A DNA stretch of 64,000 nt from a virus: positions 37,420 to 101,419 of the IMG/VR virus record IMGVR_UViG_3300001041_000002; one strand, written 5' to 3'. The position numbers and the translations under genes are program-made. Shown in pieces: positions 7,227 to 17,306 of this stretch (positions within the stretch are counted from its first letter, which is position 1; every line of letters begins with the position of its first letter). The notes under the pieces were generated by a model that was given only the letters and a program-made list of their open reading frames with translations, had not been told where the DNA came from and did no database searches.

Positions 7227-7537
7227 TAATACAAGTGTGTGGTCATTTAATTGAAACCAAGTACATTTATACAATATCTGAAGTTTATTCTGATACTGGT
7301 TATAATGCTATTATGGTTTATTTTGATGTAAAATTTCTTAATGACAAATCAACGCAAATATCAGTAGAAAAAGAAACTAATAATGTATATTACTGCGAAG
7401 AATATCAACAAGAAAAAGCTTTGATGATCAAAGAAATGCAGAAGATTAGAGATTGGCTTATTTGTAAATGGAAAGCTAGTCAATTAGTAATACCTAAAAT
7501 TGAATTTAATGAAAGCCAAACTACTAAAGAAATGTAG
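7223..7537 (+). CDS. hypothetical protein
   Basis: ATGA overlap. Confidence 0.65.
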   Translation: MIIQVCGHLIETKYIYTISEVYSDTGYNAIMVYFDVKFLNDKSTQISVEKETNNVYYCEEYQQEKALMIKEMQKIRDWLICKWKASQLVIPKIEFNESQTTKEM

Positions 7538-7760
7538 GTCGGTTATAGTTGTAATCAACATCTATGATCGACCTATTGAGCCTAATGATAAGAAGATAAT
7601 GGTTGCGAGAAAGAATGGTAATAGTTGTGATAAATTCATTAACTCTTGGAGGGGAGTTTATTATACTCCAGAGACAGCTATCGTTAAACGACGTAAGGAA
7701 ATTCTTAATCTAGCTCATGAAATATCAAATAAATGGTGGTATAAATTATTAACAATATAA
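7509..7760 (+). CDS. hypothetical protein
   Basis: Overlapping ORF, likely start MKAKLL. Confidence 0.6.
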   Translation: MKAKLLKKCRSVIVVINIYDRPIEPNDKKIMVARKNGNSCDKFINSWRGVYYTPETAIVKRRKEILNLAHEISNKWWYKLLTI

Positions 7761-8305
7761 TGAAAACAATTATAAACAACAAATTAATACGATCTTTTGG
7801 TTCATGTTATGACCCTAAATCAATTGGAATTCCGGATAGTGAATCATTATCAGTCAGAGAATGGATTGAAAAATATCGAAATAAAGTTAAATCAAAAAAT
7901 GACATTATTTGGCTAATCTGTAGAAATAATTTTCTATCAGATAGAGATTTAAGGTTATTTGCTGTATGGTGTGCCAGAGAATCTTTTAAGCTTCAATCTA
8001 ATGTCGATCCAAGAAGTATTAATGCAGTAAATGTTTCAGAACAGTTTGCAAACGGTAGTTCTACTAAAGAAGATTTACGGTCAGCAAAGTCAGCAGCAGA
8101 GTCAGCAGCAGAGTCAGCAGCATGGTCAGCAGCAGAGTCAGCAGCATGGTCAGCAGCAAAGTCAGCAGCAGAGTCAGCAGCATGGTCAGCAGCATGGTCA
8201 GCAGCAGAGTCAGCAGCAAAGTCAGCAGCAAAGTCAGCAGCAGAGTCAGCAGCAGAGTCAGCAAGGTTAGCTCAAATAGATAAACTTCTAACCTACTTTC
8301 TTTAA
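7760..8305 (+). CDS. Imm5-like domain plus SAA(E/W/K) repeat protein
   Basis: LRLFAVWCAR...DPRSINAV domain followed by tetrapeptide repeats. Confidence 0.7.
   Translation: MKTIINNKLIRSFGSCYDPKSIGIPDSESLSVREWIEKYRNKVKSKNDIIWLICRNNFLSDRDLRLFAVWCARESFKLQSNVDPRSINAVNVSEQFANGSSTKEDLRSAKSAAESAAESAAWSAAESAAWSAAKSAAESAAWSAAWSAAESAAKSAAKSAAESAAESARLAQIDKLLTYFL
8081..8263 (+). repeat. 12-bp coding tandem repeat TCAGCAGCA(GAG/TGG/AAG)
   Basis: About 15 units read directly. Confidence 0.95.
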
Positions 8306-8529
8306 TGTACTTCACTAAAATAAAGAAAACCAAAGATCAACTTGAAGTGATGATAGGTATTCTAACTAAAGAATATGGTGCGGTTGATGATGATAAATTG
8401 TCAGAATTAATAGCTAAGTATTTTGAGGTAAATATAGAAGATGCTGAATCATCGCTTAAAGCCTATAGGGCATTAGCTGGAGAAGATTATGAACAACAAT
8501 CTAAGAAAATAGAATATGCAGGATTATAA
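8305..8529 (+). CDS. hypothetical protein
   Basis: TAATG overlap. Confidence 0.65.
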   Translation: MYFTKIKKTKDQLEVMIGILTKEYGAVDDDKLSELIAKYFEVNIEDAESSLKAYRALAGEDYEQQSKKIEYAGL

Positions 8530-9421
8530 AATTGTAATACCAAGCGATATTATATCAAGGCAAGTTCAAGAAAAAGCTTTTACGCTTGGATATAAATGGG
8601 CTTCCGATGACAATATTATTAGATACACAGAGAGGAGATGGCTGGTTATTGGCAATGCTTGGGGTATTTATGCTCCAGACGAGTCGGTATTTAATAATGC
8701 TCCTGGAACATTAATATCATACCAAGATTTCCTTGCAATTGGAGAAGAAATAAACCTTAATAACAACAATATGCCAGATCAAAACGAAATTGAATTAAAA
8801 CTGATTAAACAGCCTAGAAGAGCTAAGAATTTAACAGTTGGTAACACCTATAAGGGAATTTTTGTTAATTCAGATGACAATCAGGTTGATTCTTATGACG
8901 ATGCAGAATATTTCCTTTGTACAAATAATAATGACAAAGAGGCTCGTTATGCCATTGAGCTTTTCGATAAACAAGATCTACCGGCACCAGTAATAACATA
9001 TGCAGAAGTAATTGGATCTCTTGAAGTTCAGGAAAATTGCGTTACAAGTGATATTATCAATGAAGATATTGTAAACCTTGGATGGGAGAACTTAAATCAG
9101 TGTAACAGTCCAATTTCATGCGGAATAGATGAGATAGATTGTCTTGAAGATTTATATGCAGACCTACAAGGCCAAATTGCCGCCAGTGAATTTCCATTTG
9201 CATTTGACCGTGAAACATTTGTAAAAGATTTGTTTAAGGCAATAGTAGAAAAAGCTATTGATGAATGTAGTGCGGCTTTTGTACTATTATCAACCAAAAC
9301 TTCAAGTAGAAATATCTGCAATTATGTCGATGAAATTACAGAATCTCGCGGTGGAGTATCTCGTAACAGAGTAAACCCAAATTCTCACAACGAAATTTGC
9401 TTGTGGGTAATTGATAAGTAA
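8516..9421 (+). CDS. hypothetical multidomain protein (C-terminal SCG...NPNS domain)
   Basis: 301-aa ORF; a second internal start is possible at MPDQNE. Confidence 0.7.
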   Translation: MQDYKIVIPSDIISRQVQEKAFTLGYKWASDDNIIRYTERRWLVIGNAWGIYAPDESVFNNAPGTLISYQDFLAIGEEINLNNNNMPDQNEIELKLIKQPRRAKNLTVGNTYKGIFVNSDDNQVDSYDDAEYFLCTNNNDKEARYAIELFDKQDLPAPVITYAEVIGSLEVQENCVTSDIINEDIVNLGWENLNQCNSPISCGIDEIDCLEDLYADLQGQIAASEFPFAFDRETFVKDLFKAIVEKAIDECSAAFVLLSTKTSSRNICNYVDEITESRGGVSRNRVNPNSHNEICLWVIDK

Positions 9422-9422
9422 T

Positions 9423-9971
9423 ATGCAGATAATTATTGACTTAGATAAGCTCAATAAAAACAAAATATCCATCAATGAATATATAACACTACTATCAGTT
9501 TATTACAAGACTAAGGATATTCAAATTGACTATACAGATAGAAAATCTGACTACTTCACTCTTAGAGATAAGGGATTTCTTGAAATAAATGGTAGTAGTG
9601 TTATTTTAACACCTCAATCTATAACTCTATTAGAAGGCCGTGGACGTGATTATGTTCAATTAGCAATATCTATTAGAGAATTATTTCCTAAAGGCTCTAA
9701 AGCCGGTAAATACCCATGGAAAGGCACAATAAAGTCTATCGTCGAGAAGCTTAAAAAACTTGATAAATCGCATGGGTTAAACGACTTCTCTGACGAAGAA
9801 ATTATTAGTGCTGTTGATAAATATATCAATAGGTTTTCGTTAGCTGATATGGATAGGGGAATGCAGATAGCACCGTTTTTTATTGAAAAGGAAGGCAACA
9901 GTAGTCTTATGGCATGGTTGTCTATGGAAGAGCAGAGTTTTGAAACTAAAAGTATGGAGATAAAATTATGA
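9423..9971 (+). CDS. putative replication initiation/helicase-loader protein (wHTH-like N-terminus)
   Basis: Position upstream of the helicase; pattern resembles the gene before dnaB in crAss-like phages. Confidence 0.5.
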   Translation: MQIIIDLDKLNKNKISINEYITLLSVYYKTKDIQIDYTDRKSDYFTLRDKGFLEINGSSVILTPQSITLLEGRGRDYVQLAISIRELFPKGSKAGKYPWKGTIKSIVEKLKKLDKSHGLNDFSDEEIISAVDKYINRFSLADMDRGMQIAPFFIEKEGNSSLMAWLSMEEQSFETKSMEIKL

Positions 9972-10201
9972 AGCCAAGATGGTATTTTGTCAAATCATCC
10001 ATATGGTCAGATTTACGAAATCCAACACAACAATTATTATACTTAACTTTTGAAGAATTAAATTCAAAAATTAAAAGTTGTAATATAATAATGTTAATTC
10101 CACTGTAATGATACAGTTTTTAGTTGCATTTGGAATAGTATTATGTGCTGCTTGTTTAGGAGTTGGATTGGGTTATCTGATTTGGATTACATTTTTCGAG
10201 G

Positions 10202-10411
10202 ATGATTAAACTAATCTTTGCAATACTAGCTATTACTGGATATATAACCAATATATCAGATCGTAAAACTTTATCCTACTTTATCTGGCTAGTATCAAAT
10301 TCAGGATGGGCTATATTGAGTTATTTAAATAATGAGTATGAACTAATGACTATGTTTATAGTCTATAATGCATTTTGCATATATGGAATTATCAGTGAAA
10401 GAAAAAAGTGA
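10202..10411 (+). CDS. small PnuC-like membrane protein
   Basis: Three short TM helices, YFIWLVSN...IYG pattern. Confidence 0.5.
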   Translation: MIKLIFAILAITGYITNISDRKTLSYFIWLVSNSGWAILSYLNNEYELMTMFIVYNAFCIYGIISERKK

Positions 10412-10859
10412 TATAGAGGGAGATACTATATATTTAAAAGAACAAAAGTCTCTATATAAAGATGTATCTGAATTATTATCAGATTATTCAAACAGAGAAC
10501 ATCCGTCAACTTACTGGAGATCAGACGACTCGTTGCAGTGTACTGAAGACAGAAATAGATCTTTTGATGATTTATTATTACTATGTAAAAATTACTTTCC
10601 AAATACAACAGTAAATGAAATTGTTAAATTTTATGTTAATGAATCAAAATCAGCTAAAAACGAAGACAAAATTGCATATTGTTCTTATTGTAGTGGGGTT
10701 CGGAAACCAGTAGTTCATCCTAAAAATGCAATTAAAAAAAACGTTAAGAACGTAAGTGCTATAAATGATTTCTTCTACTTTCCATCAATAAGATACGATA
10801 TTAAAGAAAATTCACAATTCTCTCCACAAGAACTAATTGATATGGTCGATGATGATTAA
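10395..10859 (+). CDS. Cys-rich hypothetical protein (paralog of 13236-13685)
   Basis: Shared C..RSF.DL..LC.NY.P and YCS.VRK motifs; start uncertain. Confidence 0.7.
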   Translation: MKEKSDIEGDTIYLKEQKSLYKDVSELLSDYSNREHPSTYWRSDDSLQCTEDRNRSFDDLLLLCKNYFPNTTVNEIVKFYVNESKSAKNEDKIAYCSYCSGVRKPVVHPKNAIKKNVKNVSAINDFFYFPSIRYDIKENSQFSPQELIDMVDDD

Positions 10860-11970
10860 TAGGGTAATAAAGCGGTTAGAAGAGAATAGAGAGCGCAGGT
10901 TAAATGGAGATATAATCGCTATACCTTGGAGTTTACCAAGATTATCTAGAGTATTACCTGGGATTATCCAAGGTCGCTTCAACTTAATATCGGCTAATGC
11001 AAAAGTTGGGAAAACTCAAATTACGGACTTTCTCTATGTATATCAGCCAATCGAGTGGTATATGAATAATCGCACTAAGGGTGTTAGTTTAAAGATACTC
11101 TATTTTTCCTTAGAAATGTCAAAAGAAGAGAAGATTATGGCTGTAATAAGCTATAAGTTATTTAAAGACCATGGTGTTATTATATCTCCAGAAAATTTAC
11201 AATCAATGTTTAATGGATATATTCTTGATGAAAAGATTTTACATATAATAAAATCAGCCACATTCCAAACTTGGCTTGCAGAATTTGAAAGTATTGTTAC
11301 ATACCATGATTCAACTAGGAATCCATTTGGTATTTACAACGCTGTAAAAACATATGCAGAGAATAATGGTCACTATGAGTATAAAGAAATGGATTGGCAA
11401 GATCCCACTACTGGAGTAGTTTCTAAAAAAAAAGTTATTGACTATTATGTGCCAAATGATCCAAATGAATACGTTATCATCATAGTTGATCATATATCAT
11501 TATTGGCCCCAGAGAAGGGCGAATCCTTGCGTGAGGCTATGGGTAGATTCAGTAGTGAATACTGTCTTAAAATGCGTGATAGATGGCGTTATATACCAAC
11601 TATAGTTCAACAGCAAGCTGCTGATTCTGAGAAGCAAGAGTTTACTAAATCTGGTGGAACTATTATTGATAAAATTAAACCTAGCGCTGATGGATTGGGA
11701 GACAACAAAGCTGTTGGTAGAGATGTAAACCTAATGCTTAGCTTATTTTGGCCTGCAAGATATAGTATTAAGGAGTATAATAATTGGGATTTATGTCGAA
11801 TTGGTCATAATCACCGAGAACTACTCATTAACCTTAATCGTAATGGTATTTCATCAGCATCTATTGATCTACTGTTCTTAGGCGCCTGTAATTATTTTGA
11901 AGAACTACCACGTGAGCCTGATGAAAAAACATATCAAAGAATACAATATTTGAACAATTTGACGGTATAG
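10849..11970 (+). CDS. dnaB: DnaB-like replicative helicase
   Basis: Walker A ANAKVGKT, FSLEMS, Walker B IIVDHI. Confidence 0.88.
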   Translation: MMINRVIKRLEENRERRLNGDIIAIPWSLPRLSRVLPGIIQGRFNLISANAKVGKTQITDFLYVYQPIEWYMNNRTKGVSLKILYFSLEMSKEEKIMAVISYKLFKDHGVIISPENLQSMFNGYILDEKILHIIKSATFQTWLAEFESIVTYHDSTRNPFGIYNAVKTYAENNGHYEYKEMDWQDPTTGVVSKKKVIDYYVPNDPNEYVIIIVDHISLLAPEKGESLREAMGRFSSEYCLKMRDRWRYIPTIVQQQAADSEKQEFTKSGGTIIDKIKPSADGLGDNKAVGRDVNLMLSLFWPARYSIKEYNNWDLCRIGHNHRELLINLNRNGISSASIDLLFLGACNYFEELPREPDEKTYQRIQYLNNLTV

Positions 11971-12540
11971 ATGGAAGGAATAGAGTTAATAGAATTAGTG
12001 GACGATATAGAAGAAGAGTGGAGGGCTATTCCTGGATTTGAAATGTATTTAGTTAGTAATTATGGAAGAGTTTATACAAAACATCGCAATAAACTTCTTT
12101 CCCCTGCAGATAATGGTCGTGGATACAAAATGGTGTCAATTAGTAAAAATAACATAGCAAAGTTGCATTTAGTACATAGATTAGTTGCAATGTTATTTAT
12201 ACCAAATCCATTAAATCTTCCAGAAGTTAATCATAAAGAAGGATTAAAATATAAAAATAGAGTTTTTGATCTGGAGTGGATGACAAAATCCGAGAATATG
12301 CAGCACGCTGTAGATAATAAATTGCTTTTGCCACACTGGAAGGGAGTATTTGGTAAAAACCATCATAATAGCATAAAAGTGGATCAGTTTTCTAAATCTG
12401 GAGAATTAATTGCTACTTATGATTGTGGAAAAGAAGCAGAAAGAAAAACTGGTATTTTACAGTCTAATACAAGCTCATGTTGTACTGGCAAATTAAAGTC
12501 TGCTGGAGGATTTATATGGAAACATTCTGTAATTAAATAA
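11971..12540 (+). CDS. NUMOD4-HNH-NUMOD1 homing endonuclease
   Basis: EEWRAIPGF..YLVSNYGRV, VHRLVA..FIPNP..VNH..N...LEW, C-terminal SAGGFIWK. Confidence 0.9.
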   Translation: MEGIELIELVDDIEEEWRAIPGFEMYLVSNYGRVYTKHRNKLLSPADNGRGYKMVSISKNNIAKLHLVHRLVAMLFIPNPLNLPEVNHKEGLKYKNRVFDLEWMTKSENMQHAVDNKLLLPHWKGVFGKNHHNSIKVDQFSKSGELIATYDCGKEAERKTGILQSNTSSCCTGKLKSAGGFIWKHSVIK

Positions 12541-12555
12541 AAAAACGATAACTAT

Positions 12556-13230
12556 ATGAACGAATTAGTTGATTTAACAAAAATATTAAAAGTTGGGGAT
12601 AAAGTTTATTCTGTGATTTTCGGTAAAAATATTGAAATACTTAAGATATCTAAAAATGGATCTTATTGTATTGATTCAACAGAAGGATTATTTACTGAAT
12701 TTGGCCAATATAAACCATTAGGAGAATGCTTAATTTTCCCATCCAAAACACAGCGTGACTGGAAAAAATATATCAAAGATCTTGAGAATGAAAAGAGGAG
12801 ATCTGAATTATTAGATAAGGCAATAAAAGATTATCCTATTGGAACTAAAATTAATACAATTACGTTTGTAGGGAAGGCAGAGGTAACAGGAATACCCGAA
12901 TTTTCCTATTCTGATGATAACAGTATTATTGAGGTCAAGTGCATTGGTGGGGTAAATAGATATCTTTATCATAACGAAAAATGGGCTGAAATCATTAAAG
13001 AACCGATGTTTATAACGGAGGATAGAGTTGAAATCTACGATATAATGACATTTGTATTTTATATTGACGGAGGCAAGGCAAAAGCACAACGAGCTAAATT
13101 ATGTGTCGATGGAGGACTTTATTTTTCATCCGAATCTGCCGCTGAAGACTATGTTTCTAAAAACAAGAAATTATCACTTACCCCAGAACAAAAGGCGGAG
13201 ATAATTGAATTAATAAAATTACATCGTTAA
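12556..13230 (+). CDS. modular hypothetical protein
   Basis: ECLIFPSK..RDW module plus FITEDxVEI module shared with 40492-41301. Confidence 0.7.
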   Translation: MNELVDLTKILKVGDKVYSVIFGKNIEILKISKNGSYCIDSTEGLFTEFGQYKPLGECLIFPSKTQRDWKKYIKDLENEKRRSELLDKAIKDYPIGTKINTITFVGKAEVTGIPEFSYSDDNSIIEVKCIGGVNRYLYHNEKWAEIIKEPMFITEDRVEIYDIMTFVFYIDGGKAKAQRAKLCVDGGLYFSSESAAEDYVSKNKKLSLTPEQKAEIIELIKLHR

Positions 13231-13235
13231 TCTAT

Positions 13236-13685
13236 ATGAAATTAAAGCATTCAAATAAAAAGATAGAAAACTCTAAATCATTAGTTGAATTTATTGAGAA
13301 TTATCTTAACGAAGGAAGCCCAGCTACTGTTGAGATAGAGTCTAAATTAGAATGTTCTGATGGTAAAAGACGTTCGTTCTCTGATCTAAAAATGTTGTGT
13401 AATAATTATTTACCAGAACTAAATGTTGAAATGGATGACATCATTAAGTGTCTTCCTGAGATAAAGGTTGAGAATGGAAAAATAATTGCAATAAGATATT
13501 GTAGTCAGGTTCGAAAATGTGTTGTAACGTTATTTCCGGTAAATCAATGGCATTGGGTTTATCTTGATGATTTTAATATAATACTTTGTGGTCTCAAATA
13601 TAACGAAAGAACAACAGATATAGGTTCAGATGGAATATCAGAGCAGTATATTATTGATTTATTGAGAGAAGAAAGAGTTAAATAG
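13236..13685 (+). CDS. Cys-rich hypothetical protein (paralog of 10395-10859)
   Basis: Motif sharing as above. Confidence 0.7.
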   Translation: MKLKHSNKKIENSKSLVEFIENYLNEGSPATVEIESKLECSDGKRRSFSDLKMLCNNYLPELNVEMDDIIKCLPEIKVENGKIIAIRYCSQVRKCVVTLFPVNQWHWVYLDDFNIILCGLKYNERTTDIGSDGISEQYIIDLLREERVK

Positions 13686-13709
13686 TAACTAAATATAGGA
13701 GGAAGATAA

Positions 13710-14486
13710 GTGAGTGAAGAAAAGATTGTGTTACCTACAGAAATTAGAAAGGCTACTGCCATAAACCCATCAGTACAGATGATCTATTCCGTAATTAAAG
13801 CGGGAAAGACTACAATTTGTGCTCAACTGCCAAATGCATTGCTGGTCGAGATTGGCCCAGAAAAGGCTGATTTTGTTGATGCAATGACAATTAAAGCCAA
13901 GAGTCCAAAAGAATTCGAGGACATTTGTAATGCCATAATCGCACAGGGATGTCCGTATGAATATGTTGTATACGATAGTGTTACTATTTTAGACGACTGG
14001 TCAGAAATAGTGGGTACATTTGATTATATGGATAAAACCCAAGGCAAACGATTTAATCGTGATGCTGCTGGCACTAAATTTACGGTTAAAGATCCAAGGT
14101 TTGAGACAGTTCACTCTTTTCGCGAAGGATATCAATATTCTCGCAATAAGATGAATGACTGGTATAATTTAATGGCAAGAACTGCTAAGCATGTCATCCT
14201 ATTGGCTCATGTTAAGGATAAATACATTGAGACTAAGACTGGAGATTCAGTTGAGGCTTTGGACATAAATCTTACAGGAAAAGTCAAGGCCAATTATTGC
14301 ATTAGAGTTGATGCTGTTGGACATTTTTACCGTAAGGGTAACCAAGGATTCATTAAGTATGACAATGAAAATTCTGTTGTGTGTGGTGGTAGATGTGATC
14401 ATTTAACTGGAGATATCTTAATTTCAGAAAAGAATGAAGATAAATCTATCTCTACATATTGGGATAAGATCTATTTAAAAGAATAG
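13710..14486 (+). CDS. AAA_24/Sak4-like ATPase (recombination/annealing)
   Basis: KAGKTT Walker A, VVYDSVT Walker B, ILLAH. Confidence 0.85.
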   Translation: MSEEKIVLPTEIRKATAINPSVQMIYSVIKAGKTTICAQLPNALLVEIGPEKADFVDAMTIKAKSPKEFEDICNAIIAQGCPYEYVVYDSVTILDDWSEIVGTFDYMDKTQGKRFNRDAAGTKFTVKDPRFETVHSFREGYQYSRNKMNDWYNLMARTAKHVILLAHVKDKYIETKTGDSVEALDINLTGKVKANYCIRVDAVGHFYRKGNQGFIKYDNENSVVCGGRCDHLTGDILISEKNEDKSISTYWDKIYLKE

Positions 14487-14488
14487 TT

Positions 14489-14740
14489 ATGATATTTGGA
14501 CTAATAAAACCTAATGATTGGATTGTTGTTTATAAAAATGGAGGAGGATATACTACCGCTGAAACCAGAAAGTATAACGCTCCATCAAAAAAATGGTACT
14601 GCTATTTGAATTACTCAAAAAGTAGAAATAAATATAAAATAAGTCATTCTTTAGATTATAATTACGATTGGATAAATGCATCTAATCCGTATCAAGCTTG
14701 TATGGATAGAATGATTAAATTACAAAGGAAAAATAATTAG
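14489..14740 (+). CDS. hypothetical protein
   Basis: ORF in operon. Confidence 0.6.
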   Translation: MIFGLIKPNDWIVVYKNGGGYTTAETRKYNAPSKKWYCYLNYSKSRNKYKISHSLDYNYDWINASNPYQACMDRMIKLQRKNN

Positions 14741-14763
14741 TAATAATTTAAATTTAAATATAT

Positions 14764-15408
14764 ATGGGATTTTCAACTAGAGGTGTGGTAGCAAATGATG
14801 GTAATGGTGGTGGTAGTAAATACCTTACCTATGGTGTACAGAAAGCTGCTATTATTGGATATGAGCTCAAAGAAGCTAAGTCTGGTAAGCAGCAGGTGGT
14901 TTTGTTAATGGAGTCTCCAAAAGTTACTGATGCTGGTTTTGAACCAGATGAGTCAGCTAAACTTGGTGGTCGTGTAGGTCGTGTTCAGTTTACAATTTAT
15001 TTTGGGCCTGCTGATAAAGAGCAGAATGACACTTTCATTGAGAGAGTTGCCCTGATTGCCAAGAAACTTAATGTTTCAGAAAAAGTTGATGCCGTTGAGG
15101 CTTCTGATCTAAAAGAATACTTGGATAAATTAATTCCAGTTGTTCGTGGTAAGTTCGCATGGTGGGCTATTAATGCCGAAGAGTATCAGAAGACTGATTC
15201 TGACAAAGTTGGTTATAGTCTTGGGTTGCGCCGCTATGGCTTCGTGGCATCATTGGATGAGATGGAAGCCAATCCTAATCATATCAAACCGTTTGACAAG
15301 ACGAATAAATATGATTACAAAGCCTTGGCTATTCCAAGTAAAGATCCTGATGTAGATCCAATTACTGAAGCTTTCGGTAGTGGAGACGAACTTCCTTGGG
15401 ATGTATAA
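14764..15408 (+). CDS. putative ssDNA-binding protein
   Basis: Follows the Sak4-like gene; acidic tail ending DELPWDV. Confidence 0.7.
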   Translation: MGFSTRGVVANDGNGGGSKYLTYGVQKAAIIGYELKEAKSGKQQVVLLMESPKVTDAGFEPDESAKLGGRVGRVQFTIYFGPADKEQNDTFIERVALIAKKLNVSEKVDAVEASDLKEYLDKLIPVVRGKFAWWAINAEEYQKTDSDKVGYSLGLRRYGFVASLDEMEANPNHIKPFDKTNKYDYKALAIPSKDPDVDPITEAFGSGDELPWDV

Positions 15409-15439
15409 TATTGTTGTTTTATAGTTGTTAAATTTGACT

Positions 15440-15465
15440 GGGCTGCCTACGGGTGGCCCTTTCTA
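15440..15465 (+). terminator. intrinsic terminator
   Basis: GGGCTGCC-TACG-GGTGGCCC followed by TTTCTATT. Confidence 0.8.
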
Positions 15466-15835
15466 TTATCTTTATATAATAATGAATTTCTATAATTACA
15501 AAATAGTTCTATGTAGAAAATTTAAAATTGGTGATTTAATTTGTCACAAACACAATTTAGATCGTGGGTTTGTATTCTTTTCAATAGCAACCGATTATGA
15601 TGTGGATAATTATTCTGGACGAAATGGTTATTATTACAGAATGACAAAAACTCAAATTAAAAAATAATGAGAGAACCTGGATATTACTTTGTAAAATGGT
15701 TCAAAGATGACGAATGGGAAATTGCATTTAATGATGGGCATAAAATATTTCCATGGTCAATGATTGGATCAGATGAGTCATTCAAAGAAGATGCTGTTAG
15801 GATAGTTGGAGATAAAATAGAAATACCAAAATAAT

Positions 15836-16861
15836 ATGTTTTCAACACGACTTATTCTTAACAAACAAAATCTTCTAGATAAAGTATCTACTTATCAAAT
15901 ATTTAGTACTTACGCTAGGAATTTTAAGCAGGTGGGTATAGCGTTCAAATCAGAGTTTAGAGATGAAAAGTCTCCTTCGTGCATGATAGAAATGATCGGT
16001 GGAGACCTTTTATACACAGATTTTGGGGAAGGCTCCTTCCGCGCAATAGAATTCGTCATGAGGAAGTTTGGTTATACGTTTAGAGATGCTATTAGGAAGA
16101 TAAACAGTGATTTTAATGTTGGACTAATTGACAACGGAGATTCAGTCATTACATCTTCAGAGGGATATATAGCTAATAGACTGTTTCAAAAGCAGGATTT
16201 TGTAGAAAAGTCAACAACCGAAATAGAAGTGAGATACGCTCCATATAGAGATGAAGATCTTGAATACTGGGGTCAGTTCGGTTGGACTGAAGAAATGCTT
16301 CAGAAGGCTTCTATTAGGCCAATAGACTTTTACTGGTTGACTATGGAACATAAGGATATTAATAGAATGCCATTTGCTGTACCACATGAATTGGCATATA
16401 CTTACGATTACTATCGTCACTCTGGTATTTACAGGAGGAAGTTATACTTCCCATTACGAGACGGCAAGCACAAGTGGATTTCTAACGTAGATAATACTGT
16501 AATACAAAACTGGGATTTACTTCCCAAAAATGGAGGAGATCTACTGTTTATAACTAGTAGCAAGAAGGATACTGGTGGATTCTTTAGAATATATAATCAA
16601 TGGAATGCTTGTGCACCAAATAATGAAGGTACGTTTATTCCGGAAAAAATATTTCTAACCAAAATTAAGCCACGATGGAAGAGAATTATTATTTGGTATG
16701 ACAATGATAATACTGGAATAATAAACTCGCTTAAATGGGCTAAAAAGCACCAAATTGAGGCCGTATGGAATCCATTAAGATGTCCTTATAAAGACCAGAG
16801 TGATTTAATCAAAGCTGATGGGCTTAGGGAATTTAATTATCAACTACAAAAACTAATATAA
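15836..16861 (+). CDS. DNA primase (crAss-type TOPRIM)
   Basis: RDEKSPS..TDFG N-terminal domain, FITSSKKD, WYDND, KDQSD. Confidence 0.85.
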   Translation: MFSTRLILNKQNLLDKVSTYQIFSTYARNFKQVGIAFKSEFRDEKSPSCMIEMIGGDLLYTDFGEGSFRAIEFVMRKFGYTFRDAIRKINSDFNVGLIDNGDSVITSSEGYIANRLFQKQDFVEKSTTEIEVRYAPYRDEDLEYWGQFGWTEEMLQKASIRPIDFYWLTMEHKDINRMPFAVPHELAYTYDYYRHSGIYRRKLYFPLRDGKHKWISNVDNTVIQNWDLLPKNGGDLLFITSSKKDTGGFFRIYNQWNACAPNNEGTFIPEKIFLTKIKPRWKRIIIWYDNDNTGIINSLKWAKKHQIEAVWNPLRCPYKDQSDLIKADGLREFNYQLQKLI

Positions 16862-16873
16862 TAATTAATTATT

Positions 16874-17071
16874 ATGGCGGTAGAGGCTAAAAACTTATTG
16901 AGAATTGGTGATCTTTATTTTCGTGGAAAGGCTAAGAACTCATCAATGCTAATTGGGACATGGGATGATCCATATCAAGAGATAGTAAAACTATCTGATT
17001 TAAAAATACTAAGGAAATTTATTAACGATTTAATAATGGATATTGAATCCACAACAAAACAAACAAAATGA
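16874..17071 (+). CDS. hypothetical protein
   Basis: ORF in operon. Confidence 0.6.
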   Translation: MAVEAKNLLRIGDLYFRGKAKNSSMLIGTWDDPYQEIVKLSDLKILRKFINDLIMDIESTTKQTK

Positions 17072-17301
17072 AATCTAAAAAACTTTCTGATTTAAAAGTT
17101 GGAGATAATGTGTGGCATGGCGGAGATTCTGGTTTTTGCCACAGTAGCATTGAAACAATTGTTAAAATTGAAACTAAATTTGACGAAAACACTGGAGTTT
17201 CATACAATATTGGAACAATTAATTCTGGACAAAAATTCGACATGCGAACAGGAAGACCAAAAACAACTCCATGGGCATATTATATTAAAACATTAAATTA
17301 A
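17068..17301 (+). CDS. hypothetical protein
   Basis: ATGA overlap. Confidence 0.6.
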   Translation: MKSKKLSDLKVGDNVWHGGDSGFCHSSIETIVKIETKFDENTGVSYNIGTINSGQKFDMRTGRPKTTPWAYYIKTLN

Positions 17302-17306
17302 TAACT

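Noticed and set aside
8031-8333. Poly-Q (+) and poly-LT (-) ORFs
   Set aside because: These are alternative frames of the 12-bp repeat; the 7760-8305 frame is coupled to both neighbouring genes.
15425-15480. N-terminal part of ORF 15425-15667
   Set aside because: It overlaps the terminator; the real start is probably ATG 15482.
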